Source: Adineta vaga (Eukaryota; Animalia; Rotifera). Taken from it: 64,000 nucleotides of DNA. Shown here piece by piece: positions 9,704-21,575 of this stretch (its first letter is position 1; the number at the start of each line of letters is the position of its first letter). Location: NCBI GenBank assembly GCA_021613535.1, contig CP075494.1, positions 9,920,001 to 9,984,000 on the forward strand, read 5' to 3'. Under the pieces are notes generated by a model. It saw only the letters and a list, made by a program, of their open reading frames with translations, did no database searches and was not told where the DNA came from. A program made the translations under genes and the position numbers.

Positions 9704-12700
9704 ATGTGGAAAAAATTCAAAGAAATTCTTGTTAAACATACAAGTAAGTTTTGCTCGATTTATTTTCTTCTTTTCAACAGTTATTGTCAATGTGTATACA
9801 TCTGTTATTACCTCACTGTATAGATTACATTTGTTTTTTTTCTTGTATACGAAAGATCATCTACTGATGATTGACGACGACGGGTCGTCTCAAATCATAT
9901 CAAACAAAGATGATAAATGAGAAGATTGACAAGTCTTTTATATATGGCATACATTTTCAATCAAATTGTTTAAAGAGACAAGTAAAGATGAGATGTATGC
10001 AGGAGCATCGATTTTCAATAAAATTATATATATATATATATACATATAAAAGCATGGTCAATATTAGCCTGGGGAGGAAATGTTCGTATAGATTTCTATT
10101 AGAATCAAACCTATTTGACTAACTTTTGTTGATAGAAAAGAATCTTTGACCTTGTTTGTCTTTTGTGTGTGTATGTATATTTGATAGTGTTAAAGATGAA
10201 AATCAGAACATTTTTTTTAATTCTAAATTGATATATACAGTGGATTAACGGAAATCCGATATTTTTTCAATCGTTTGTTAGTTCAAACAAAAGCAATTAT
10301 ATGTTATTATTATTTAGCTTACAAAGATGAATCAACGATAACGTCAGGCGCCGCAACGACGGCTGCTTCAATTATTGACCTACGGCTTTCACCAGTTTTG
10401 TCACCACAACGAACGGAAACGGTCTATCATCATCAACATCAACCATGCTGTAAATTAGGCAGTCATACATTAAATAAAACTGATGAACATTGTCGTTCGT
10501 TGTTCAGTCTTTTGCCAACATCGTTGCGTTCTCATCATCGTCAAACATCAACGAAGAAAGGCATTGATGCTGTAAGTAATATAAAGAGAGAGAGAGAGAA
10601 AGAAAGAAAAGAAGAAGAATAGATCTTTCTATTGCGTCATATGGTCGTCGTTACCAATCTAGTGACACTTCATTCATCTCTCATTAGCACGTCCATTACT
10701 GAGGACATAGAGTTATTCTTCGATGATAGTCGTTCGAAAGAAATTGACTTTTATGCAACGTGTAATTGTAATCATCATTTTCGATGAACTAAAAGAATCT
10801 TTTTACAGGAAATTAGATGATGTAATCATCATTAGTATAGGCTAATTCATTATTTTCTAGTAAATTCAATCGAGAATTAGCCTTTTTTTGCGAGAAATGT
10901 TTGTATCAACGACATTTGTTGATGTTATTTTCTTCGATAATTAAAATAAGATTCTATTGACCTAACAGAAAACTTCCATTTGTACGAAAGAATTTCATGC
11001 ACACATGTCTAACCTTGAGCATTTTTCTATTTGATTAGACTTTGAGAAACAAAAAAAAATATCAAAATAATAATTAGTTACTGTATTATAAGCAAAATGA
11101 ATTGTAAATGGAAATACGTCGAAAGATTTTTTCAGTCATCGTTTCTCTTTCTCGTCTTCGCTTAGTGACAATGTGTGATCATCGCTACTCAATCTCTTAT
11201 TCATCTGCATGCACATCATTCTCGAGGGCATATTTGATTCTTATTTTCAACATTTGTTGTCACTCGATTCTTCTCGATTTTTAATGGATATTACACGATG
11301 AAGAGAAACAAGGCACATACGCGCATATATAGATCTTTCTCTTTCTCATTTGTCTCGCTCAGCAGAAGCTTAATTATTCATGATCAGGAATTTACATAGC
11401 GAGCTCACATAGACGAGGAGAAGAAGAAGAAGAAGAAACAAAGAGAGAAAACGACTCGAATGAATGACAAATGTAATGAGTACTCCGTCACATTACAGAA
11501 GATATACTAGCATACTGATGTGTTGTTGTTTCTATTAGAAAGAGAGAGAAAAAGAGATCTTTTCTTTATATATGAAGTTAATTACTCTAAATTTAGATTT
11601 TCTTTTAAGATCGAAAAAGAATAAGTCTGACTAACAGTAATCCGGAGTGATTAGAATGTATAGAAATGAATTTTCTTTCTAGTAAATATATAAAATTAAT
11701 ATTTACTTGTTATTTTAGTCAACAACAAGAACAACACAACTTTTAACAGCAACTGATATTCTTAGTAGTGATTACGATTCAGATTTTATGTCTCAAACAT
11801 ATCTCAATCGTACATCATCGCATGTTTCATGTTATTCATCCATGAATCGTTATGGATCAATTGAAAGTTTATTACATGGTCATTCGAAATCGAATCCAGC
11901 TAATATACATGTTATTGTACGAAAGAATTTTGAACCATTTGCTCAAGCACATATTGGCGTTTCAAAAGGTAGATATATTGTATAAATTTTTTAAAAGATG
12001 TCATGATACTTTTCAGGTCATTTATTTCCTATGATATTTCTATAGGATTTGATTATAAAGTAGACCATACGCATCCTATAGAAGAATACTACGAGCAGTT
12101 TTCGACTTTTTTCTTCTACCATACATGTACGTTTCTATCAAACTATCTATCATCACCAGCAGGCGAAAAACGACAAATAGATGTGCATGACAGCTCTTTT
12201 CCTGTGATCCAAATCAGCATGTGTTCACAAAGAAAACATATAATGACTAGATTTGAATTAGAATAAATGTTCATCCATTATGTAAGACAATAATTAAGGA
12301 ATATATTAAAAGCATTTCGGTTTCCCTCTCTCTCTCTCTCTCTCTCGCAATCATATGAATAAAGAAATGATAATTATTCAAAAAAATTTCTACTCTTCAT
12401 TTAGGTGCAATAGTGACTGCATTGTTTTCTCGAGGGCCATGGTTATATATACGCAATGATTCAACTGGAAAAACGGGTTATATTCCACGTTTAATATGTT
12501 CATCTTATCAACATTCATTACGAATAACAAATCTGTCCAATTCATCGATTGATTCATCATTAATCAAAGATGAGGAAATGATTTTTAAAACTGATAAATG
12601 TTATAATCCACCACGTAAACAAGTGATGAATCGATATTTATCACATAGTTCAGCAATCATTGATGGAACTAAACAACGCAAAACTAAAGTTTATTTTGAT

Positions 12701-14236
12701 GAACGTGAACGACGTAATACCTATACATTACCTATAGCACCACGAACAAAACCATCATTATCAAAAGATCGTCGATTAACACTTAGTTCAATCAATTGTC
12801 CACTTGATTCGAATAAACAAGATTCATTAACATATTCTAATAATGAAATAAGAACAACAATAACACGAGATACAGATTCATCAAGTACACAAGATTCAGG
12901 TTATTCAGAATCTACACCTTTCTTTCTTGTTCAACAAGCAACACCTGACAATGAACAACCAACACTACATTCATTTCTTAATACATCAAAAGTATGTTTA
13001 TCAAACTAATCGAAGATTACCGAGTATTTTCCAGAAAGAACCTGTATTTGTAAAACATTGTTAATTCAAAGCGAAGGCTAAACTATACCAACCGACAAGA
13101 GCATCTATCATTCATGATTTTTGTTCTAATATTTTTCTAAAAATATCTTTTTTTTCTCTGAACTCTATCGAGCTGTTGTTGACAATTTGAGTTGTTTAAA
13201 TCTTTCTGTTCTATTTAAGAAATCTCATGCAATACCACATTATGCAACAGTTCGTCGTTCATCACTTTTGAAAGTTCCTGATCCAATTAATCCTAGTCAA
13301 CTTCATCAAAAACAACTCAATGCATTACAAATTCATCGACAGTCACTTCTCAATGGACGATCGATGACTGATATAATTACAGATGATTCTATCAAACGAC
13401 ATTCATTTGGTATCTTTGATGATGTTGATTCTTTCAATTCAAAACTGACGAATTCCAATTCAACTCGTCGTTTACCTGAATTTGCTTTAATAAGAAATGT
13501 TCGACGCGACAAAACTCAAATCAAACCATCCATTTATAATCTTCCAAAAAGTCATATACAAATTCCTGCCAGTATTTTTCTTAATCATCATCGACAAAAA
13601 CAACATTTTGGTAGTTCACACAGTGCCTTTCGACCTGTTCAACCATCAAATATACATAAACGAGCATCAAGTGAAGGACATTCTCCATCATCGTCGTCAC
13701 CATCATCACCTTCAGCAACATCATTATCTACCTCAAATTCTTCCATCAACGAACAATCTCAATTACAAACACGAAGACGTCTATCATTTGATATCCGTGT
13801 ACCGATTCTATCTGCAATGAAATCAACTAGTTTAACACGTTCAGTTTGTGATCAATCATCAACATTATTGGCAGCCGGAAAATTGAATCAATCGTCTCGA
13901 ACTATGAGTGATATTTTATGCGATCAATTCAGTGAAATTAATCTCGATGCTATTGAACAAGATTCACTTATTCAACATCAACCAAGAAAAATATGTCAAT
14001 CTCAACATTGTCTATTTACATTAATTAAAGATTATCGAAGTACACGTGCATCGTTTGCTGTCAAACGTGGAGATTCTGTATATGTTCTAAAACAAGTTGG
14101 TCGGGCATGTTATCTTGTTCGAAAACAAACAAATGGACAAATTGGATTTATACCTAAAGGATTATTAGTTCCAGCTACATCAACAAAAGTCGATACATTT
14201 CTTAAAATGCATGAATATCGAGAAACAATCATATGA
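9704..14236 (+). CDS. Adaptor protein with two SH3 domains (possibly Dlish-like)
   Basis: Exons 9704-9743, 10318-10571, 11719-11968, ~12405-12991 and ~13220-14236; phases were checked for the first three. SH3 no. 1 is VRKNFEP...VSKG...GPWLYIR...GKTGYIP. SH3 no. 2 is IKDYRS...VKRGD...GQIGFIP. A Ser-rich linker joins them. Confidence 0.7.
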
Positions 14237-14490
14237 ATTGTTGTGAAATATAACTCGATGATCAATATTGCTTGCTTGCTTGTTTTTTTTCTAGTCTTTG
14301 GGACAGTATTTTGTTTTAACGAATTTCTACTGTATAACAAACAACGAAAGAACTCAGGATAAATAATTAATAGACACTTTTTTCTCGTTTTTCAGTTCAA
14401 AAAGTTCTTTTCGTTCAAAATAAAACGTTTTTTTTTATAGAATTGATTTAAAATGTTATTGATCGATGTTAGACAGTCAATGAGAGGAAT

Positions 14491-14562
14491 GGCCTGATGG
14501 TCTAGTGGTATGATTCGCGCTTCGGGTGCGCGAGGTTCCGAGTTCGATCCCCGGTCAGGCCC
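14491..14562 (+). tRNA. tRNA-Pro(CGG)
   Basis: Acceptor stem GGCCTGA/TCAGGCC; A box TGGTCTAGTGG; anticodon arm CGCGC-TTCGGGT-GCGCG; B box GTTCGATCC; T5 terminator at 14564-14568. One A.C mismatch in the T stem. Confidence 0.93.
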
Positions 14563-14578
14563 CTTTTTGTCGGGTCAA

Positions 14579-15175
14579 CAATCGAATATTTACCATTTAA
14601 ACTTTGTATATTGTTTCTATTTTTGACGAAATCTTCTTGTTTCTCAAAACTTACTATAAAAAGCTAACAGAAGTCTTCGAAAACCACTCAAAAAGTTTTA
14701 AAACTATTGAGAAATTTTAATACGTCGTCTACGTTGCTCACCTCATAGGTGTTCTAACACGAAGAACTTCTACTATAGAGAAGGTTAGAACAAAATTTCG
14801 CTGAATGATAGAAATTTCTCTCATTTACTACATTGAAAAGAATAAAGTTTTATCAATCTACAGCGTAGATTAAAACATTTCTTTCGTTTTTTAAGTGTCT
14901 CATAAACGAAAAAAAGATGTATAGTCTCGTAAAATACGATTGAGCAAGGATATATTATACGTTACAAATTCATAAACTCTTTTTTTCGTTTATAACGACA
15001 TCAAAAACGCTTCTACGGTGGTTTATTCTCCACTTTTTTACAGCGTGGTCCTTCTCAAAATTACAGTTGCCCACGCGGACACTTCAGTCGCCCTCTCGGA
15101 AAATAAAACCTAGGGTAAAACACTGCAATCGAATATTTACCATTTAAACTTTGTATATTGTTTCTATTTTTGACG
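14579..15175. repeat. Perfect 50-bp direct repeats (14579-14628 and 15126-15175) around a ~500-bp insert
   Basis: CAATCGAATATTTACCATTTAAACTTTGTATATTGTTTCTATTTTTGACG occurs twice. The insert ends in ...CTAGGGTAAAACACTG. Confidence 0.9.
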
Positions 15176-15340
15176 CAATCTATCTATATTTGCAATAGTG
15201 TTGATTTACTAACATATCAACTCATTTATGTTCTTCGTCAATAACATATTGATATTTGATTTTGATTTTGATTGATTGACATAAACTATATGTTTTGAAA
15301 AATTGAATCGTCCATTCGAATAAATTATATTGAAGTTATT

Positions 15341-16673
15341 ATGAACACGATTCTTATCATAGTCATTCGTAAACTATGGAAACATTTCTACTATTTTCTA
15401 TGTTTATTTCTTCTAATTGTTATTATTTTTACTTTTGATTATTATCCCAATACACCTCAAGCATTACTTTACACATCTCGTTTACGAGAACAAGATATGA
15501 CAAAACATAAATACGTTAAATTTCGAGATCTCTCACTTTTAAGTAATACCTGTGAACAAATGTCAACAATCGATTGTTTAAATTATCTCGACAAGAATCA
15601 ATCGAATTATTTTCAAAAATTATCATCAACTCAATCTCGAATTTTTCAAAATCAGTATTGTACACAGAAGAAGAAAATGTTATTTCATACATTTTGGAAT
15701 AATCCAAATCAATTAGATAATCCTTTACTTCTACTTCATATTCAATCACATTTATATACACAAAATCGACATTGTTCACAATTAATCATTTGGACATTAC
15801 CAATGTTCTATGGTGCTATCAATCCAATGTATAATGTACATTATCCATATCTACAATTTCGAACATTAACACCATTTATGAAAGAATTACAACAAGTGGG
15901 CGTTCATGTAAGAAAAATTCTTTCGTTCATGATGAGACGAACGTTTCTCTCTAAGTAATAACTGTGTCAGTGAACTGTAAAAAATCGACGTAGAGCGTTT
16001 AAGTAGAGTTCATTGTCGTACATATATATTGTATTGAACTCATTCTAATCAAATATCATTCGTTTAGATTAATTCATATCGATTTTGGTTATTTGATCGA
16101 TGGTTTGTATCGAAAATGGTTGCATTAAGTGATGCTGTTCGTTTTATTCTTTTGCATAAATTTGGTGGAATGTATATCGATGCAGATATTCTTCTTCTTA
16201 GAGATTTACAACCATTTTATGAGCATGAATTTGCTTATCGATGGTCCACATTGAATGAATATAATACGGCTATACTTCGTTTATTTCCTCAATCGAATAT
16301 AAGTTCAATTTTACTTCATCAAGCATATGAAAAACAATCACCAGCCGTATTTTTTCCTTGGTCAATTCGATCTTCATTACTTCCAGTTAGTTTAGTTCGT
16401 TTACCAAGTGTCTTCTTCGATCCACTATGGCTAGCAGCAGATAATGCTGATCATAAAACAGCAAATTTATGGAAATTCATCAATAATACAAGACATACAT
16501 TTGAAAGTGTTTTTCATAAAGAAAGTTATTTAAGTCAACAAGGACGAACGGTTTTAAATGGAGCTTTTACATTTCATTGGCATGCATTACATAAAGTAGG
16601 ACAATTCGAACAAGGCTCGTATCTTTTTCAATGGAATGAATTTTTTCAAGAACCATTATTAGACATGATCTAG
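15341..16673 (+). CDS. GT32 / DXD-motif glycosyltransferase, type II membrane protein
   Basis: Exons 15341-15907 and 16068-16673 join in frame. N-terminal TM anchor; motifs FHTFW, SDAVRFILLHKFGGMYIDAD, EFAYRWS...YNTAILRL and FHWH. Confidence 0.88.
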
Positions 16674-16683
16674 TTGCTATATC

Positions 16684-17070
16684 TTACAAGAAAACCATCC
16701 GAAATGTCAAAAAGCTTTTCGATCTCGAACATATTGGTTAGCTGAGTTATAGGACTCGATTTCACCCATTAAACCAAAGTTTCGAATTTTTACATGAAAC
16801 ATTGCTCATATCAAGGTCTGAACTAGAGTAGCTCATCTATAAAATTCCAGAATATTTAGACTAGGTATTTTCGACCCTCAACTCGAAAACTTTGTTTTAA
16901 TCGGTGAAATCGAGTCCTGTAAGGACATTCTAGTAAAAAGTCGATATTTCAGTCAACTCTCGACTTGCGCATGAACCAACTTAAGGCATATCACTTCTAG
17001 CTATGCTTCATCTAATCATTATATCCAGGACCGAAAAGCTTTTCAACACTTCGGGTGGTTTCCTCGTTAA
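16684..17070. mobile_element. Decayed MITE-like element with nested inverted repeats
   Basis: Imperfect ~50-bp terminal inverted repeats (16684-16733 and ~17020-17070) plus inner ~42-bp inverted repeats (16747-16787 and 16880-16922). No ORF. T/A-rich termini. Confidence 0.75.
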
Positions 17071-17841
17071 TTATTGTTTATTTTTATATGGATTTCATTA
17101 AATAAATCTATTCTAGCCAATGTTTTGACATAGAAAAACAGTGACAGACGTGAAGTATGATATTTTGTAGAAGCAAAACAATATATGCCGGATTCAATAG
17201 ACGTCTCTCATTTGTTGAATAAAAGCCTGACTTTATTCTATGTCATATTATTTGCTTAATTGGAAAGTTTTTTTTAATTAGTGTCACATTTATGTAAGTA
17301 TATGATTATCAGAATTCTTTCTTCGGTCATGTTATTCTCTTGTCAGAAGAGAATATGAGAGCAATGAGCGAGAAAACAGCTTTGTTTTTATGAACGCCTC
17401 CTTGAGATAGAGAAAGCAAAGAAAAAGAATAACAATGACGTCGAAATAAATGATGAATTGACGTCATCATCATCATCAACAGAAGAATAGAAGGAGAATA
17501 AGTAGGGAACGTTCTCGCCCACTTCTTCTTCGCTCTTTACTTACGAGTATGTAGAAGCATATTTCTTTTTTTTTCGATCGCCTACGCGCTTTTTTTTTGT
17601 CTCCGGAGAAAAAAACGAGAAGTATTGATGAACGAAGAAAAGTTCAGATGATAGTATTCACATGCGAGCATGCTACTCATTTTCTACACGTAAATAGAAA
17701 AAAAGATAATAAGTATAGAACTAGCATGTAATGTAACAGTTTCTTTCGAGAAAGAAAAAGAACAACTTATATGCGTATAACTAAAACCTTTTTTCATCTT
17801 TACTTACAACTTTGTCTATTCATATGTATTTCTTTTAGAAG

Positions 17842-20048
17842 ATGACAGTCGAGAATGCATTAGAGCCATCATCAACATTAGGTAAAACGGGAACATAATG
17901 AGTTTTTTTATTCGTCTTGCAATTAGGATTTATTTAACTAGATGAAATGGAAGAAGATTTTCAAGCATGGAAAGAATCAATGTCCAATGAAATTCAATTA
18001 CCTGGTGGTTTATCATCTGAAAGCCGACAAAAGGTAACGTTTAAGATTTGAATTTTTCTTCACGATTAATTTCATTTGATTTGTCTAGTTATGGATATCA
18101 TTAGCAAAAAATTATATTCATGATGTACATCTAGATTGGGATAAAACGAGACAATTTGCATTCAATCCGGAGTCGTATCCGGAAGATGAACAGTTGAATA
18201 ATCAAATTGTTAAAGTGAATATTTTTGTGAAGAAGAAAAGAAAAAAAATTCAAAATCGTTATTTAGGATTTACATCGAACGGGTTGTAATTGGTCGACAA
18301 ATGAACAAAATCGAATTATACTTCAGCGTGTATTACTTGCATTTGCTCGTTATAATAAATCAATTGGTTATTGTCAAGGTCTTCATATATTAACATCTGT
18401 TATTCTTGACGTTATGAATATGAATGAAGAACATGCCTTAATGATTTTAATTTATTTGATTGATTCTATATTACCAGATTTCTTTTCAAATAATTTACAT
18501 GCTTTAGCTATTGACATGACCGTTTTTGATCATTGGTTGAAAGTTTACAATCCTCAATTACATTTACATTTGAAAAATCTTCAATCAACTTCATCGTCGA
18601 ATGATGATGAAGGCGGAAATTATGAACCTCCGCTATTAAATGTTTTTACAATTCAATGGTTTCTTACATTGTTTGTCACATGTTTACCGCGACAAGCGAC
18701 ATTACGTGTTTGGGATGCGTTAATGATCGAAGGAAGTGAAGTGCTCTTTCGAACAGGTCTTCTTCTTTGGTCAAAATTGTCCATGTAAGTTCGAGTATTT
18801 TTGTTATTCAATGAACAGTTTTTTTTGTTTATTGTGTTTATGTTAGTGCTGTCTTGAAAGTTTCAACAGCCGATCAATTTTACTCAGCAATGAGTCATCT
18901 ATCAGTACAATTACTTGATGAAAAAATTATTATTGCTGATAATCTTATTCATGTAAATGAAATTTGAAAGCAGAGAAGATTATATATATATATATGTTTG
19001 AAATTGTTTTTTTTTAGGAAATCTACAATTTGGGTCCATTTCCAACACCATTTCTATCTGATCTTCGTCAGAAATTTTCAATTCAACAACCGTCCAATCA
19101 AACAAATCATACCGATCAATCAAAATCGAAAGTAAGTGACAACATAGGCCATGTGTTAGAAGAAGATTTATCGATAAAACTCTCTAATATTCATACGTCA
19201 TGGGAAGTTGATTGACGTGATGAGCTGTTGACGTCAATCATCAATTATATCTATGTATTTATATTTAGGATTTAAAACGAATCAAAACGAAATTACTTGA
19301 TGAAGAAATCGTGAATTTTATCTCGTGTTTTGCAATTCTTTCATCCTCATCATTACGAAATAATCGATGTAAGAAAATTAACATGAGATAATTTTTTTTG
19401 TTTCTCTAATTGAATTATCAAATTAGTAGCAGAAAAATCGAATTCACCGGATGTAAATCAACTTCGACAACAGTATAAAAAACTTCAACAACGAAATAAA
19501 CAAGTACAAATTATTAGTCAAAGTAATTCAATTTCTTTATATTATTAACTCGTTAATTTGATTCTTCGTTTTTCTATAGGTTCAAATACACAACAACAAT
19601 GTTCACCAGACTCAATTTGTTCAATATCCGCTGGACCATTGGTAAAGAAAATTCTATTCTTTACAAATAAGTAGAAAGTTATTTTTCTTATTTTGATTGA
19701 TTTTAGATGAATCATCTTCTTGTCAAACCAACTGATATCAAACGAAATCAATTAAAAAAGAATGTTTCAAGTAAATCTCTATCATCAAAAGAACAAACAG
19801 AAGAATATGAGAAAGAAATTGAACAATTACTTACATGTCTTAATGTTTCTCAATCAACAAAGATTCCCGAAAATAATCAAAAGAAAAGTTCATCGGATGA
19901 TTATATAAATCGTCTTATTACATCTCGATCAGCTCAGATTCCCAAATATTCTTCATTCAATCCATTTCCTTCTCGTTCATTCAATGAAAATGTAGCCGTG
20001 AATGGTTATAGACTTGGCCTATATTCGCCTGTTGTTACAAGTCGATGA
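17842..20048 (+). CDS. TBC1D30: Rab-GAP TBC domain protein, TBC1D30-like
   Basis: DLHRTGC, IGYCQG and EPPLLNVFTIQWFLTLFVTCLP...LRVWD; many short introns. Confidence 0.8.
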
Positions 20049-20358
20049 AAAAATAAAATCAAACAAAATAAGATATGTCTTTCATACTACGAGTTCATCT
20101 TCCTTGTTGTAAATTATTTATTTATTTTGTCTCCTCTTATTTATTTTTGATTGAAAATTTGAAGGCCAGTTTATCTTTGTTGTTCTTGACAATAAGCGAC
20201 GTTTTTCTTTGCTGTTGTTATTGTTGTTAATATCAGTATCGAATAACAATAAAAATCAATATACTTGATAGATTTTATTTGTCTTTCAATCTTTCTTCAT
20301 TTGTTCGAGAAAAGTTATTTACCCTGCAAGGTTGTCGGTATTGTCTTTCAATAAGTTG

Positions 20359-20399
<41 letters not shown>

Positions 20400-20678
20400 T
20401 CAAGGTGAAATCATTTTCTCAATATTTTTTCCGTTTAATCATCAAACTGAATGAAAAACAACAATAGTAGCAATAGTAATCGAACGGGGCAAAAATTGCA
20501 CAGAAAAAAAAACAAATAAAAATAAGAAATTCAAATCCATTAAGCATTTCGTGCATGTTTCATTCACCTGATTTGCTTGACTATCGAACGTATAACATGA
20601 ATCGATTTGAGATTTAATTTGTCATCTTCTTGATAGATGTATGTCCACAGAAATTCTAGATGTGTTGAAGAGAATCTT

Positions 20679-21575
20679 TCATTTCGGTTGTCGTAAAAGA
20701 AGTAATGTCATAGCAGCATCGACAACTTCAACGCTAGGAGTTGAAGATGTTCCGGATAGATCGGTTTTCAAACGTTGTTTCTTTCTTTTCGTTTCTTCAA
20801 ATGATCCAAGATGATGAATAGTTTTATCTCGTTTACGATCTTTTAACGGACAACTATTTTCATCATTTGTATGACGAATTAAATCTCGTTGTCTTTCAGA
20901 ACATAAACGTTCGAATATATCAATTGTATATTGATTTGTTAGGGATAATTGTCGAGTATTCATAGTTAATAATGTGTCAAGTAAAAGTGAACGTTTTAAA
21001 CGATCAGTTGTCCATAATGGATAACGTAATTTAATTCCATTGATAGGATTTTTTGTTATTTTAGCAAAAAATGAGATTTGTTTTGTCATATGATAACGAA
21101 TTTTACTTTTTAAACGAGCACTATGAAGTAAATGTTCATCAGTTGAAGAGACAGTATTATTGTTCGTATTATTATTTGCAATTGATTGTTCAATATGTCG
21201 TTCAATCCAATCACATATTTCATTTAATGTTAATGTTCGAGATTTTGAACTTTCAATGGCAAATAAAATCCAAAAACATAGAGCAGAATGAGGTGGAGAA
21301 ACAATATCAGTCGTTGTAACTCGTTCACTCGAAGAATTTAACGATGAAGAATCATTATCATGTTCACTATCAGATGAATCAACAAGACTTGATGGTGGTG
21401 GAGATGAACGATGACGATGTTTATCATTAATATAACTTGGTAAACTTTTACTTAATGCTGGTACTGGATGTGTTGAACGTGATGATGAAGTTGAACGATC
21501 AAATATATCTGATTGTGTTAACCATGATAATTCCGTCAGATCATGATCAGATTGTTGCTTAAAATTAGTTAACAT
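20679..21575 (-). CDS. Divergent forkhead protein, FoxN2/3-like
   Basis: Single-exon 298 aa ORF. N-terminal DLTELSWL and C-terminal DAAMTLLLL resemble FoxN2/3 motifs. Forkhead-like PPHS...ILFAIESSKSRTLTLNEICDWI...FFAKI...LWT. Confidence 0.7.
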   Translation of the reverse strand: MLTNFKQQSDHDLTELSWLTQSDIFDRSTSSSRSTHPVPALSKSLPSYINDKHRHRSSPPPSSLVDSSDSEHDNDSSSLNSSSERVTTTDIVSPPHSALCFWILFAIESSKSRTLTLNEICDWIERHIEQSIANNNTNNNTVSSTDEHLLHSARLKSKIRYHMTKQISFFAKITKNPINGIKLRYPLWTTDRLKRSLLLDTLLTMNTRQLSLTNQYTIDIFERLCSERQRDLIRHTNDENSCPLKDRKRDKTIHHLGSFEETKRKKQRLKTDLSGTSSTPSVEVVDAAMTLLLLRQPK

